Shown: positions 1 to 12,900 of the stretch, one piece after another
Layout of the letters: every line of letters starts with the position of its first letter
Numbering within the stretch: position 1 is the stretch's first letter
Assembly: GCA_026770705.1 (NCBI GenBank)
Contig: JANJGN010000150.1
Span: 310,001-374,000, forward strand
DNA from: Isurus oxyrinchus
Lineage: Eukaryota
Length of the DNA: 64,000 nt
Reading direction: 5' to 3'
Translations under genes and position numbers: made by a program
The notes under the pieces: generated by a model
Told to the model about the DNA's origin: nothing
The model's database searches: none
What the model saw: the letters and a program-made list of their open reading frames with translations, nothing else

Positions 1-1
1 T

Positions 2-154
2 GCAGTGGGAGGCGATGCTGGACATGGGAACCCCGACAATCCCGACGAGTTTCTCTACGCCAATCCCCAAGTCTTCAGGGTGTCCAGTGGTGATGGGTCT
101 GTCCACAGGGAAGAGCAGACGGAATACGCACAGATCAGATTCAAGAGAAACTGA
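2..154 (+). CDS. Terminal cytoplasmic exon (5' truncated) of an upstream Siglec-like receptor
   Basis: Reads AVGGDAGHGNPDNPDEFLYANPQVFRVSSGDGSVHREEQTEYAQIRFKRN*, a paralog of exon 56328-56576. TEYAQI ITSM-like motif kept. 3'UTR-like sequence at ~810-1020 is shared with ~29970-30180 and ~56600-56770. Confidence 0.85.
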   Translation, partial: AVGGDAGHGNPDNPDEFLYANPQVFRVSSGDGSVHREEQTEYAQIRFKRN

Positions 155-1029
155 GCGTGAAAAAGGCAGAGGTGGTCAGGAGGTTTGTGGATGGTGGCAG
201 GGATGAAGATTCTTGGGAACATGAGACAACCCACTGGGGGAGAGGGGGAGAGAGGGAGGAAGGGACTGAATGGGTCTGTGGTTGGTGTGGTTTGGAATGA
301 AATGTTTCCCCAGTGACGACTTGATGCTGAGTCATTGGGGACAGAGATTCAGTNNNNNNNNNNNNNNNNNNNNNNNNNNNNNNNNNNNNNNNNNNNNNNN
401 NNNNNNNNNNNNNNNNNNNNNNNNNNNNNNNNNNNNNNNNNNNNNNNNNNNNNNNNNNNNNNNNNNNNNNNNNNNNNNNNNNNNNNNNNNNNNNNNNNNN
501 NNNNNNNNNNNNNNNNNNNNNNNNNNNNNNNNNATTAACTGGCTTTGTGAAATCAGCTTTTTGTCACCTGTCCCTAATACCTCATTATGTGTCTCTGAGA
601 TGGATTTATATGTAGGTAACAATCCCCTGAAGAGATTGGGGACAGTTTGTTACATTAAGTGTGCCATATAAATGCAAGTTGTTGCAGGAAAGTTGATTTG
701 CCTCGATTCAGAATGGTAATTCGGAGGGTCCATCTACAGGGCGTGTGTGCAACAGCCTCGCAATAAATGCATTGCACGGCAACAACTAAGCATGTCCTTT
801 GATGCTGATGCATCCCAGTACTGCTGTGTGGACACATCACAACCGAGGGACTGCCTGACTGCGTGCAGCCAACATGGCCGAATAGTAATTAGCAGAAATG
901 TGATGTCACTGAACTTTGTTGACATTTCAGAAAGTGCTTTCTGAATTCTGCAACTTGTTTATTCTGTGATAGATTACAAGAAGCCTTTGCATTTTCTATA
1001 ATATTACATTTATTGTCACAAGGGATTGA

Positions 1030-1285
1030 AATGCCCAGACACCACCACCTGGAAGTTCGCCTCCAAGACACACATCATCCTGATTTTGAAATATATCGCC
1101 GTCCCTTCACTGCCACTAGGGTCAAAATCTTGGACTTCCTTCTCTAACTGCATTGTGGGTGTACCTACACCACATGGAGTGCAGAGGGTCCGGAAGGCAG
1201 CTCACCACCACCTTCTCAAGGTAATTAGGGATGGGCCATAAATGCTGGCCTAGCCAGTGATGCCCACTTCCCATGGAAGAATGAA
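1030..1285 (+). mobile_element. LINE (CR1/L2 clade) 3'-end fragment
   Basis: Near copy of the 3' end of the element at ~58600-58830 and, reversed, ~20020-20280. Confidence 0.7.
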
Positions 1286-1299
1286 TATATAAAATATAA

Positions 1300-4200
1300 A
1301 GTTGGAACAAAATGAATGAAGTTATAGCACAAATAGAGATTAATGGGTACGATAAGATGGACACTGCAGAGAGTTGGTTGCAAAGTGACCAAGGTTGGAA
1401 ATTGAAAATTGAAGGATATTTGGAATCTTTGAAAGGATAGGAAAAATGAAAAGGAGGTGGGGTAGCTCTGTTAATAAAAGATGAGACCTGTAAAGTAGTG
1501 AGAAATGATTTTGGCTCAGATGTCAAGATGCACAGTCAGTTTGGGTGAACATAAGGAATTGCAAGGGAAAGAAATCACTGGTGGGTTGGTTTATACTCCC
1601 CCCTGAATGTAGTTACACTGCAGGGGTAGATTATAAATCAATACATGAGGAGGTTTATGAGAAAGGCACCACAATAATCATGGGAGTTTTCAATCGTCAT
1701 ACAGATTAGACAACTCAAATTAGCAAATGTAGCTTTCAGCGAGATTATACAGATTGTATTCAGGAAAGTATTTTAGAACAATGCAATGTGGAACCAACCA
1801 GGGAAGAGGCTGTTTTAGTCCTGGCAATGTTTAATGAGACAAGACTAATTAACATCTCATTGTAAAGGACCCTCAAGGGAAGAGTCATCATACGGTGTTG
1901 AAATTTAATATTCAAATTAGAAACTTGGTTCTGAAACTAGTGTCATAAACTTATCTAGAGACAATTACAAGGGTTAAAAGCAGAGTCGGCCCAAGTGGAG
2001 TGGGACAGCAGGTTAAAGGGGGGATGGGGGTAGATGAGGAGTAACAGGCATCTAAAGAGATCTTTCATAAATTCCAATGAAGATATTTTCCAGTAAGAAA
2101 GGAAGAATCTATAAAAAGGATGGAGCATCGGCGGCTAACTCAGGAAGCTAAGGACGGTATCCAATTGTGAGATAAAGACGGCAATGTTGGGATGCTTAGT
2201 GATAGGCTGGAGATTGGGAATATTTGAGAAACCAGAAAAGTGAGGGGAGAAATATAAGGAGGCAGAAATGATGATATGAGAGTAAACTAGCAAGAACCAT
2301 AAACAATGACAGTGAGATGTTGTACATTAAAATAAGAGAGAAGCTACAGTAATAATGGGACACATAGAAAATCAGACTGGGGAATTAATAATGGGAAACA
2401 AGAAAATGACAGAGACTGTCAACAAGAATTTTGTGTCTGTCTTCACAGTAAAAATCTCTAAAACCATCCCAATAGCAGGAGAAAGTCACGGTGCAACAAG
2501 GAGGGAGGAACATAAAACAATCACTATCACCAGAGAAAAAGTATTAAGAAAACTAATGAGACAAATGCTGACAAGTCCCATGGAGCAGACGGCCTGAATG
2601 TGAGGGTCTGAAAGGAAATGGCTGCAGAGACGGTGGATGCATTGGTTGTAATCTTCCAGAATTCCTTAGATTATGGGAAGGTCCCAGTGGATTGGAAAAA
2701 CATAAATAAAACACTTCTGTTCAATAAAGGGAGGAGGCAGAAAGCAAGAAACTACAGGTCAGTTAGTCTAATATCTGTCATTGGGAAAATACCAGAATTC
2801 ATTATGAAGGAGGGAGCAGCAGGACATTTAGAAAACCATAATTCAATCAGACAGAGTCAACATGGGTTTGTGAAAGGGATATCATGTTTGAAAAAATAAT
2901 TAGATTTCCTCGAGGATGTAACAAGTGGATTGGATAAAGGGGAACCTGTAGAAGTGGTGTATTAGGGACTATGACACAGCCAAGGGTAAAGGCTGAGTTG
3001 TTCAAATCCCAGAGGGAAAATTGAAACAACTGTCATAACCCAATTTTGCTGATTGTAATTTCGAGATGAAGACTTTGAATTCAGTAGGAATAAGACCACC
3101 GAGGATTGTGGGTTTTTTATATAAAACTAAATAAACCATTTATTAATTTAACAACAAATTTAACACATACACATTGGCTACAAATAACTACTATAAAAAC
3201 TTTTTAACAAATCCCCCAATTAATCACCCCCACGTAAATCTCTACTAAGGCAACAATGAACCATTGACATAATATAGACACCAGGCAAAGCACATTTGAC
3301 ATTACGAATTCTGAATGAGGTTCCTTTGCAAGTTGGTTGGAGGCTACAGGCTGGTTCGGTCTGAAATGCTCCTGCCTCACACACACAAACTCCTTCCTTT
3401 ATATAGCTAGCTTTCCCTTTGAATGTAAATTTTCCATTGTATCACTCGGACTTCTGAACTCCAGCTCTTCGAACAATAAAACCCCATTTCATAGCACCAA
3501 TTTCATTAGTAAGTTCAAGAAAAAACACATCTTTTGGCTCCTTCTAACTAGGTGCAAGATTTTACCCCCAGTCTGGAATGGTTTATTCAACAATTGCAAA
3601 TGAACACTTTACTGTTCTCCTCACAATTCACCCAATTAACATCTCAAAACTACTAAACATCAAAGCACACAGACCAGCTGGCTTTAATCCAATTAAGACA
3701 CACACAGACACACACCTATACATGGACCACCACTAGAATTCTATTTTAAATAATAATTTCCAAGCACATTTTACACACAAATATCTCTTCATGACATTGG
3801 ATTTCCAAAAGGCATTCGATAAGGAGCCACATCAAAGGATACTGCACAGGGTGAAATTGGTTGGTGTTGGAGGGGATATATTAATATGGATAGAGGACTG
3901 GCTAACTGACAGGAAACAGAGAGCCAGGATAAATGGGTGATTTTCAGCTTGGTAAACTGTAACTAGTGGAGAGCCACAGGGATCAGTGCTGAGGCCTCAA
4001 CTATTCACTATCTACATTAGTGCCTTGGATGAAGAGACTGACTGTACTGTAGGCAGATTTTCTGACTGCATGGTGAAGATAGGTAGGAAATATATAAAAC
4101 AAAAACAGAATTACCTGGAAAAACTCAGCAGGTCTGGCAGCATCAGCGGAGTAGAAAAGAATTGAGGTTTCGAGTCCTCATGACCCTTCAACTGTGAGGA

Positions 4201-4330
4201 GGACACAAAGGGGCTGCAGAGGGAGAATAATAGTTTCAGTGAGGGGACAAAAAAATGAGTGGTTGGAATGTAAGGAATGAAAATGTCAGGGTGTCCAGCT
4301 GATCCTATTTGTTCTGTTCTTATATTCTTA
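1300..4330 (+). mobile_element. Degraded CR1 LINE ORF2 (endonuclease/RT), interrupted by an LTR-like insertion
   Basis: ORF fragments 2355-2899 (IFQNSLDYGKVPVDWK..NYRSVSLISVIGK..QHGFVKG); DFQKAFDK-like motif resumes at ~3800. Confidence 0.85.
2963..3796 (-). mobile_element. Solo-LTR-like insertion in the CR1 element
   Basis: Splits the CR1 motif gtggtgta/ttggatttccaaaaggc; minus strand starts TGTCATG; part resembles 61970-62280. Confidence 0.55.
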
Positions 4331-4388
4331 TACAGACACAGGGTTTACTGACAGTGCACAGCTAAGTGCTGTTCACTCACTTTGTTCC

Positions 4389-4529
4389 AACTTCCTCATT
4401 TTGTCTCACAGAGACACATCAACCCTTTCTAATTAAATACACAGAGGGAGCAGCACAGGAAGAGGTCATTCAGCCCAAGCAGAGCGTGTGGGCAGTTCCT
4501 CCCCAGGCGAGCAGTCGGACAGGTCCTGG
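4389..4529 (+). promoter_or_regulatory. Putative PU.1/ETS promoter and non-coding first exon, copy 1 (others end at 6295, 8058, 9820, 22296, 24413)
   Basis: aacttcctcattt (rc AAATGAGGAAGTT, PU.1-like) followed by a conserved segment ending in a strong CTGG/gtaagt donor in all six copies. Confidence 0.6.
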
Positions 4530-4979
4530 GTAAGTAACGGAACGATTGGAATTCACTTCCACCACCAACACCGTCCTTTGTTGATGTTGTGACTTAATAA
4601 AGACAGATTCCAATGATTGATGCCTTTGAAAGATTTCTACTGATTATTGAGATCTGGGTGTGAGGGTCAAGTCTGTTGTACAGAACATCTTTCTAGCTCA
4701 AGGGATGAGGGAAGTGGAGTGACATGAGATTTTGGATGCTCTGAGGTGGTGAAAGGTGCTATACAAATGCAAATCCTTCATTGTTTTTCTTCCTTAAAGC
4801 CTTGTAACTCTCTGCAGAGCACCTATCATCCCACCGTGAATCAAATTAGTCAGTGAATACATTGTCTAAAAGGAGTTCTGATCTTTCGAGAGCTGTCGGA
4901 CAAGAGGTGAGGTCTCATTAACTCCTTTCTCTTTCAGAGTTTGACAGTGAGAAGTGAATGGAATATCTGGGAGTGGACA

Positions 4980-5019
4980 ATGATCAGGAAATCTTACTTC
5001 CTCCTGTCACTTCTCAAAG
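4980..5019 (+). CDS. Siglec-like leader exon, copy 1 (MIRKSYFLLSLLK)
   Basis: Acceptor ctttcag at 4937, ATG 4980, phase-1 donor G/gtaata. Confidence 0.75.
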
Positions 5020-6745
5020 GTAATATCATCGTCAGCTTGGACAGATTTATGGTAAAGTGTCTTTGTAAAGATCAATCTTATTGATCTCTGATTGGGAACT
5101 GATTCAGCAGTGAGCCAGTGTACAAACTCACACCAAGTCCCATTCACCCATCACCCCTGTGCTCACTGATATACACTGACTCCCTGTCTGACAGCAGAAT
5201 TGGAGGAGAATAGAGATCTCAGAGCGTTGTAGGGGCTGGAGACGGTTACACAATTAGGCAGGATTGTAGCAGCTAGAGCAGAATCTTAAACTTCAGGTGA
5301 TGTCGGCTGTTGGTCAGTGATAGATGGGGAGTGATGGGTTGAGCAGAAAATCAGGGAAAGAACCTGGGGGATGAAATCTATCCAGGTGCTAGGATTCTGA
5401 TAGCAATATCCTGAAATTTGTGTCTTTTGCTGATTTTAACCAGAATTTCCCATGAAGACAACACAGCAGCTCCTAGAATAGACAGGCTGTTCAGTGTCAC
5501 ACTTCCTGTCCATTCTCACCTTGCTAGATACTTCAATAAGGGAGCAAGATAACTGAAAGAGAGAAGGAAGGCAAAGCTGTCTGTGTGTAAAACTGTCAAA
5601 TATTCTGAGTTATCATGATTGTCTCTGACCTGCTGCAGAGTTTAAATTTCACAGAACATTAGCACTTTGCAGCTCAGAGAGAGACCATTGACTCACTGCC
5701 TGAAAGGGCGGTGGAAGCAGATTCAACAGGAACTTTCAGAAGGGGAACTGGATAAATACTTGAAGGGGACATTTTGCAGGGCTTTGAAGGAGAGAGCAGA
5801 GGTTAGAGTGGGACTAATTGGGCAGATCTTTCAAAGCCTCAACTATTCACAATCTACATTAGTGACTTGGATGAAGGGACTGACTGTACTGTCGGCAGAT
5901 TTTCTGACTGTATGGTGAAGATAGGTAGCAAATATATAAGCTGTGCAGGAAAGCTGGTTGTGAGGAGGACACAAAGAGGCTGCAGAGGGAGATAAATAGT
6001 TTCAGTGAGTGGATAAAAAAATGAGTGGTTGGCATAGAAGGAATGAAAATGTCAGGGTGTCCAGCTGATCCTACTTGTTCTGTTCTTATATTCTTATACA
6101 GACACAGGGTTTACTGACAGTGCACAGCAAAGTGCTGTTCTCTCACTTTGTACCAACTTCCTCATTTTGATAAACTGAGACACATCAGCTCTTTCTAATT
6201 AAATACACAGAGGGAGCAGCACAGGAAGAGGTCATTCAGCCCAAGCAGAGCGTGTGGGCAGTTCCTCCCCAGGCGAGCAGTCGGACAGGTCCTGGGTAAG
6301 TAACGGAACGATTGGAATTCACTTCCACCACCAACACTGTCCTTTGTTGATGTTGTGACTTTATAAAGACAGATTCCAATGATTGATGCCTTTGAAAGAT
6401 TTCTACTGATTATTGAGATCTGGGTGTGAGGCTCAAGTCTGTTGTACAGAACATCTTTCTAGCTCAGGGGATGAGGGAAGTGGAGTGACATGAGCTTTTG
6501 GATGCTCTGAGGTGGTGAAAGGTGCTATACAAATGCAAATCCTTCATTGTTTTTCTTCCTTAAAGCCTTGTAACTCTCTGCAGAGCACCTATCATCCCAC
6601 CGTGAATCAAATTAGTCTGTGAAGACATTGTCTAAAAGGAGTTCTGATCTTTGGAGAGCTGTCGGACAAGAGGTAAGGTCTCATTAACTCCTTTCTCATT
6701 CAGAGTTTGAGAGTGAGAAGTGAATGGAATATCTGGCAGTGGACA

Positions 6746-6785
6746 ATGATCGGGAAATCTTACTTCCTCCTGTCACTTCTCCAAG
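6746..6785 (+). CDS. Siglec-like leader exon, copy 2 (MIGKSYFLLSLLQ)
   Basis: Same structure, phase-1 donor. Confidence 0.8.
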
Positions 6786-8503
6786 GTAATATCATCGTCA
6801 GCTTGGACAGATTTATGGTAAAGGGTCTTTGTAAAGATCAATCTTATTGATCTCTGATTGGGAACTAATTCAGCAGTGAGCCAGTGTACAAACTCACACC
6901 AAGTCCCATTCACCCATCACCCCTGTGCTCACTGATATACACTGACTCCCTGTCTGACAGCAGAATTGGAGAAGAATAGTGATCTCAGAGGGTTGTAGGG
7001 GCTGGAGACGGTTACACAATTAGGCAGGATTGTAGCAGCTAGAGCAGAATCTTAAACTTCAGGTGATGTCGAGTGTTGGTCAGTGAGAGATGGGGAGTGA
7101 TGGGTTGAGCAGAAAATCAGGGAAAGAACCTGGGGGATGAAATCTATCCAGGTGCTAGGATTCTGATAGCAAAAACCTGAAATTTGTGTCTTTTGCTGAT
7201 TTTGTCAGAATTTCCCATGAAGACAGCACAGCAGCTCCTAGAATAGACAGGCTGTTCAGTGTCACACTTCCTGTCCATTCTCACCTTGCTAGATACTTCA
7301 ATAAGGGAGCAAGATAACTGAAAGAGAGAAGGAAGGTAAAGCTGTCCGTGTGTAAAGGTGTCAAATATTCTGAGTTATCATGATTGTCTCTGATCTGCTG
7401 CAGAGTTTAAATTTCACAGAACATTAGCACTTTGCAGCTCAGAGAGAGACCATTGACTCACTGCCTGAAAGGGCGGTGGAAGCAGATTCAACAGGAACTT
7501 TCAGAAGGGGAACTGGATAAATACTTGAAGGGGACATTTTGCAGGGCTTTGAAGGAGAGAGTAGAGCTGAGCGTGGGAATAATTAGACAGATATTTCAAA
7601 GCCTCAGCTATTCACAATCTACATTAGTGACTTGGATGAAGGGACTGACTGTACTGTAGACAGATTTTCTGATTGTATGGTGAAGATAGGTAGGAAATAT
7701 ATAAGCTGTGCAGGAAAGCAAGTTGTGAGGAGGACACAAAGAGGCTGCAGAGGAAGATAAATAGTTTCAGTGAGTGGATAAAAAAATGAGTGGTTGGCAT
7801 AGAAGGAATGAAAATATCAGGGTGTCCAGCTGATCCTACTTGTTCTGTTCTCATATTCTTATACAGACACAGGGTTTACTGACAGTGCACAGCAAAGTGC
7901 GGTTCACTCACTTTGTTCCAACTTCCTCTTTTAAACACACAGACACATCAACCCTTTCTGATTAAACACACAGAGGGAGCAGCACAGGAAGAGGTCATTC
8001 AGCCCAAGCAGAGCGTGTGGGCACTTCCTCCCCAGGCGAGCAGTCGGACAGGTCCTGGGTAAGTAACGGAACGATTGGAATTCACTTCCACGACCAACAC
8101 CGTCCTTTGTTGATGTTGACTTTAAAAAGAGAGATTCCAATGATTGATGCCTTTGAAAGATTTCTACTGTTTATTGAGATCTGGTGTGAGGCTCAATTCT
8201 GTTGTACAGAACATCTTTCTAGCTCAAGGGATGAGGGAAGTGGAGTGACGAGATTTTGGATGCCCTGAGGTGGTGAAAGGTGCTATACAAATGCAAATCC
8301 TTCATTGTTTTTCTTCCTTAAAGCCTTGTAACTCTCTGCAGAGCACCTATCATCCCACCGTGAATCAAATTAGTCTGTGAAGACATTGTCTAAAAGGAGT
8401 TCTGATCTTGCAAGAGCTGTCGGACAAGAGGTGAGGTCTCATTAACTCCTTTCTCTTTCAGAGTTTGAGAGTGAGAAGTGAATGGAATATCTGGGAGTAG
8501 ACA

Positions 8504-8543
8504 ATGATCGGGAAATCTTACTTCATCTTGTCACTTCTCCAAG
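8504..8543 (+). CDS. Siglec-like leader exon, copy 3 (MIGKSYFILSLLQ)
   Basis: Same structure, phase-1 donor. Confidence 0.8.
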
Positions 8544-10270
8544 GTAATATCATCGTCAGCCTGGACAGATTTATGGTAAAGGGTCTTTGTAAAGATCATT
8601 CTTATTGAGCTGTGATTGGGAACTAATTCAGCAGTGAGCCAGTGTACAAACTCATACCAAGTCCCATTCACCCATCACCCCTGTGCTCACTGATATACAC
8701 TGACTCCCTGTCTGACAGCAGAATTGGAAAAGAATAGAGATCTCAGAGGGTTGTAGGGGCTGGAGACGGTTACACAATTAGGCAGGATTGTAGCAGCTAG
8801 AGCAGAATCTTAAACTTCAGGTGATGTCGGCTGTTGGTCAGTGATAGATGGGGAGTGATGGGTTGAGCAGAAAAACAGGGAAAAAAACAGGGGGATGACA
8901 GCTATCCTGATGCTAGGACACGGATAACAATGCGCTGTAATTTTGTGTCTATTGCTGATTTTAACCAGAATTTCCCATGAAGACAACACAGCAGCTCCTA
9001 GAATAGACAGGCTGTTCAGTGTCACACTTCCTGTCCATTCTCACCATGCCAGAAACTTTGATAAGGGAGCAAGATAACTGAAAGAGAGACAGGAAGGCAA
9101 AGGTGTCTGTGTGTAAAACTGTCAAATATTCTGAGTTATCATGAGTGTCTCTGACCTGCTGCAGAGTTTAAATTTCACAGAATCTGAGCACTTTGCAGCT
9201 CAGAGAGAGACCATTGACTCACTGCCTGAAAGGGCGGTGGAAGCAGATTCAACAGGAACTTTCAGAAGGGGAACTGGATAAATACTTGAAGGGGACTTTT
9301 TGCAGGGCTTTGGAGGAGAGAGCAGAGCTGAGCGTGGGAATAATTAGACAGATATTTCAAAGCATCAACTATTCACAATCTACATTAGTGACTTGGATGA
9401 AGGGACTGACTGTACTGTAGACAGATTTTCTGACTGTATGGTGAAGATAGGTAGGAAATATATAAGCTGTGCAGGAAAGCAAGTTGTGAGGAGGACACAA
9501 AGAGGCTGCAGAGGCAGATAAGTAGTTTCAGTGAGTGGATAAAAAAATGAGTGGCTGGCATGTAAGGAATGAAAATGTCAGGGTGTCCAGCTGATCCTAT
9601 TTGTTCTGTTCTTATATTCTTATACAGACACAGGGTTTACTGACAAGCACAGCAAAGTGCTGTTCTCTCACTTTGTACCAACTTCCTCATTTTGATAAAC
9701 TGAGACACATCAGCTCTTTCTAATTAAATACACAGAGGGAGCAGCACAGGAAGAGGTCATTCAGCCCAAGCAGAGCATGTGGGCAGTTCCTCCCCAGGCG
9801 AGCAGTTGGACAGGTCCTGGGTAAGTAACGGAACGATTGGAATTCACTTCCACCACCAACACCGTCCTTTGTTGATGTTGTGACTTAATAAAGACAGATT
9901 CCAATGATTGATGCCTTTGAAAGATTTCTACTGATTATTGAGATCTGGGTGTGAGGGTCAAATCTGTTGTACAGAACATCTTTCTAGCTCAAGGGATGAG
10001 GGAAGTGGAGTGACATGAGATTTTGGATGCTCTGAGGTGGTGAAAGGTGCTATACAAATGCAAATCCTTCATTGTTTTTCTTCCTTAAAGCCTTGTAACT
10101 CTCTGCAGAGCACCTATCATCCCACCGTGAATCAAATTAGTCAGTGAATACATTGTCTAAAAGGAGTTCTGATCTTTCGAGAGCTGTCGGACAAGAGGTG
10201 AGGTCTCATTAACTCCTTTCTCTTTCAGAGTTTGACAGTGAGAAGTGAATGGAATATCTGGCAGTGGACA

Positions 10271-10310
10271 ATGATCGGGAAATCTTACTTCCTCCTGTCA
10301 CTTCTCCAAG
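10271..10310 (+). CDS. Siglec-like leader exon, copy 4 (MIGKSYFLLSLLQ), nearest to the unit A V exon
   Basis: Splices in frame to 13430 to give MIGKSYFLLSLLQVGLSQEWK... Confidence 0.85.
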
Positions 10311-11179
10311 GTAATATCATCGTCAGCTTGGACAGATTTATGGTAAAGGGTCTTTGTAAAGATCATTCTTATTGAGTGTGATTGGGAACCGATTCAGCAG
10401 TGAGCCAGTGTACAAACTCATACCAAGTCCCATTCACCCATCACCCCTGTGCTCACTGATATACACTGACTCCCTGTCTGACAGCAGAATTGGAGAAGAA
10501 TAGAGATCTCAGAGGGTTGTAGGGGCTGGAGACGGTTACACAATTAGGCAGGATTGTAGCAGCTAGAGCAGAATCTTAAACTTCAGGTGATGTCGGCTGT
10601 TGGTCAGTGATAGATGGGGAGTGATGGGTTGAGCAGAAAATCAGGGAAAGAACCTGGGGGATGAAATCTATCCAGGTGCTAGGATTCTGATAGCAATATC
10701 CTGAAATTTGTGTCTTTTGCTGATTTTGGTCAGAATTTCCCATGAAGACAACACAGCAGCTCCTAGAATAGACAGGCTGTTCAGTGTCACACTTCCTGTC
10801 CATTCTCACCATGCTAGATACTTCAATAAGGGAGCAAGATAACTGAAAGAGAGAAGGGAGGCAAAGCTGTCTGTGTGTAAAACTGTCAAATATTCTGAGT
10901 TATCCTGATTGATTCTGATCTGCTGCAGAGTTTAAATTTCACAGAATCTGAGCACTTTGCAGCTCAGAGAGAGACCATTGACTCACTGCCTGAAAGGGCG
11001 GTGGAAGCAGATTCAACAGGAACTTTCAGAAGGGGAACTGGATAAATACTTGAAGGGAAATTTGCAGGGATGTGTGAAAGGTGCTGGAGAGGAATTGGGA
11101 AAGAGCCAGCACATGCACGATGGGTCAAATGAACTCCTCCTGTGCTGTATCATTCAACAATCAGAGAATTTTAGATCCT

Positions 11180-11972
11180 TATCAGCAAATCTTCAGAATC
11201 CTGCTGAATCATGGATATTTCAGAAGGACAGTTAACAAGAGGTTTCTGGTATCAGCGTTTCATATGGGACCCAGTTCAGTTTGAACAAATAAACAACGTC
11301 ATCTTTGAAAGTCATGAACCCACCACAGCGGCACCTCCGACACATGCAGAGCTCAGGCTAGAGGCGCTTTGTTAGTGTGTTTCACAGGGTCTGCTGGAGT
11401 AGGGTCAGTGCTGAGCTTGGGGACAAGTCAGTCTACAATGCTGCATCGGAATCAACAATACAACAATATGGGGTTTGGATCAGAAATAATCCCTTAGACA
11501 ATGAGGATCCAAAGAGATTCCTTAGACAATGAAGATCCAAAGAGATTCCTTAGACAATGAAGATCCAAAGAGATTCCTTAGACAATGAGGATCCAAAGAG
11601 ATTCCTTAGACAATGAAGATCCAAAGAGATTCCTTAGACAATGAGGATCCAAAGAGATTCCTTAGACAATGAAGATCCAAAGAGATTCCTTAGACAATGA
11701 GCATCCAAAGAGATTTCTTATTCCATTGGTTGTCTAATTGTGGTCCATGATTTTCCAAGGGGTCCTTGGCAGAATCAAATTATCGAGCAAGAGAGAGAAA
11801 AACACCGGAGAGAACGGGAAAGGTGGGTTGGGTTCATGACTTTCAAAGATGGTGTTGTTTATTTGTTCAAACTGAACTGGGCCCCACACAAAACACTGAT
11901 ACCAGAAACCTCTTGTTCCCTGTCCTTCTGAAATATCCGTGACTTCAGCAGGATTCTGAAGAGTTGCTGATG
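11180..11972. repeat. ~150-bp inverted repeat pair (11180-11325 / 11826-11972)
   Basis: tcttcagaatcctgctgaa...ctttgaaagtcatgaaccc is reverse-complemented by gggttcatgactttcaaag...ttcagcaggattctgaaga. Confidence 0.85.
11491..11719 (+). repeat. 28-bp minisatellite (cttagacaatgaRgatccaaagagattc), ~8 copies; ~4.5 copies at 23565-23690
   Basis: Head-to-tail repeats without spacers. Confidence 0.95.
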
Positions 11973-12309
11973 GAGGAACAGACACCCAATTTTTTTTTTG
12001 GTGAAGTTCAGTCAGGAACCAATAACGTTTTGTTTCAAGTAGACGTTGTTTGAGATTCAAGACACTTGCTAAGAGAATAAGGCGACAAGATTCCATTTTT
12101 GCACAGACACCCTGGGGTCTGCCCTCGGCCCCCCCCAAAAATGACAAATTGTGCTCCGAGCCCCCCGCGCACGTGTGAACCTCCCGAGGTCTGTGAGGAC
12201 TCGGCGTTCCGGCTCTCTGCTCACGATGCACGAGGTCGGTCTGGATCTCAGGCCAAGGTGGGATGGAGGAACACAGGGAGAACGGATACAGATACATCAT
12301 TCACCAAAA

Positions 12310-12900
12310 GTTACACCACACATTAACCAGGTCAGAAAAATAGCAGTCCAAACGCTAGACTTTATTCTGAAAGGGAGTGAATTGAAAAGCAGGGAAGTGA
12401 TGGAAAACCTGTATTGAACCTTGGTCAGTCTACATTGACCGTGCTGCCTGCAGTTCTGGTCACCGTGTTATAAAAAGGATATAGAGACACTGGAGAGGGC
12501 GCAGAGAAGATTGACAATGATGATCCCAGAAATGTGGGGGTAAACATATGAGGACAGGACTGACGGGCTGGGTCTCTCTTCCCTAGAAGAGACAAGGCTG
12601 AGGGGATGACCTAATCCAGGTGTTTAAAACTGAGAAAGGTTTTGATGGAGTGGATACAGAGAGAGTGTTTCCTCTTGTTGGGAGAGGAGAGCAGAACTAG
12701 GGGCCCTCAATATGAGATCATCACTGATAAACCCAATGGGGAATTCCGGAGAAACGTCTTTACCCAGAGAGTGGGGAGAACGTGGAACTCGCTCCCACAG
12801 GGAGTGGCTGGGGTGAATAGTATTGATGTATTTAAGACGGAACCTGGATTAACACATGAGGGAGAAAGGACCATAGGGGTATGATGGTAGGTTTAGAGGA
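12310..12900 (+). mobile_element. CR1 LINE 3' fragment
   Basis: RT C-terminal motifs (FRRNVFTQRVGRTWNSLP). Confidence 0.8.

Larger units (their letters stand above)
3993..11055 (+). repeat. Four-copy ~1.77-kb tandem duplication, each unit with promoter, non-coding exon 1 and signal-peptide exon
   Basis: Units start at ~3993, 5836, 7601, 9362; near-identical landmarks recur every ~1760-1770 bp (leader ATGs 4980, 6746, 8504, 10271). Confidence 0.95.

Noticed and set aside
5667-11235. Repeated ORF MQLRERPLTHCLKGRW...
   Set aside because: Off-frame reading of CR1 3' fragments inside the tandem unit.
11491-11719. 28-bp repeats as a CRISPR array
   Set aside because: No spacers, no cas genes, vertebrate context; a plain VNTR.
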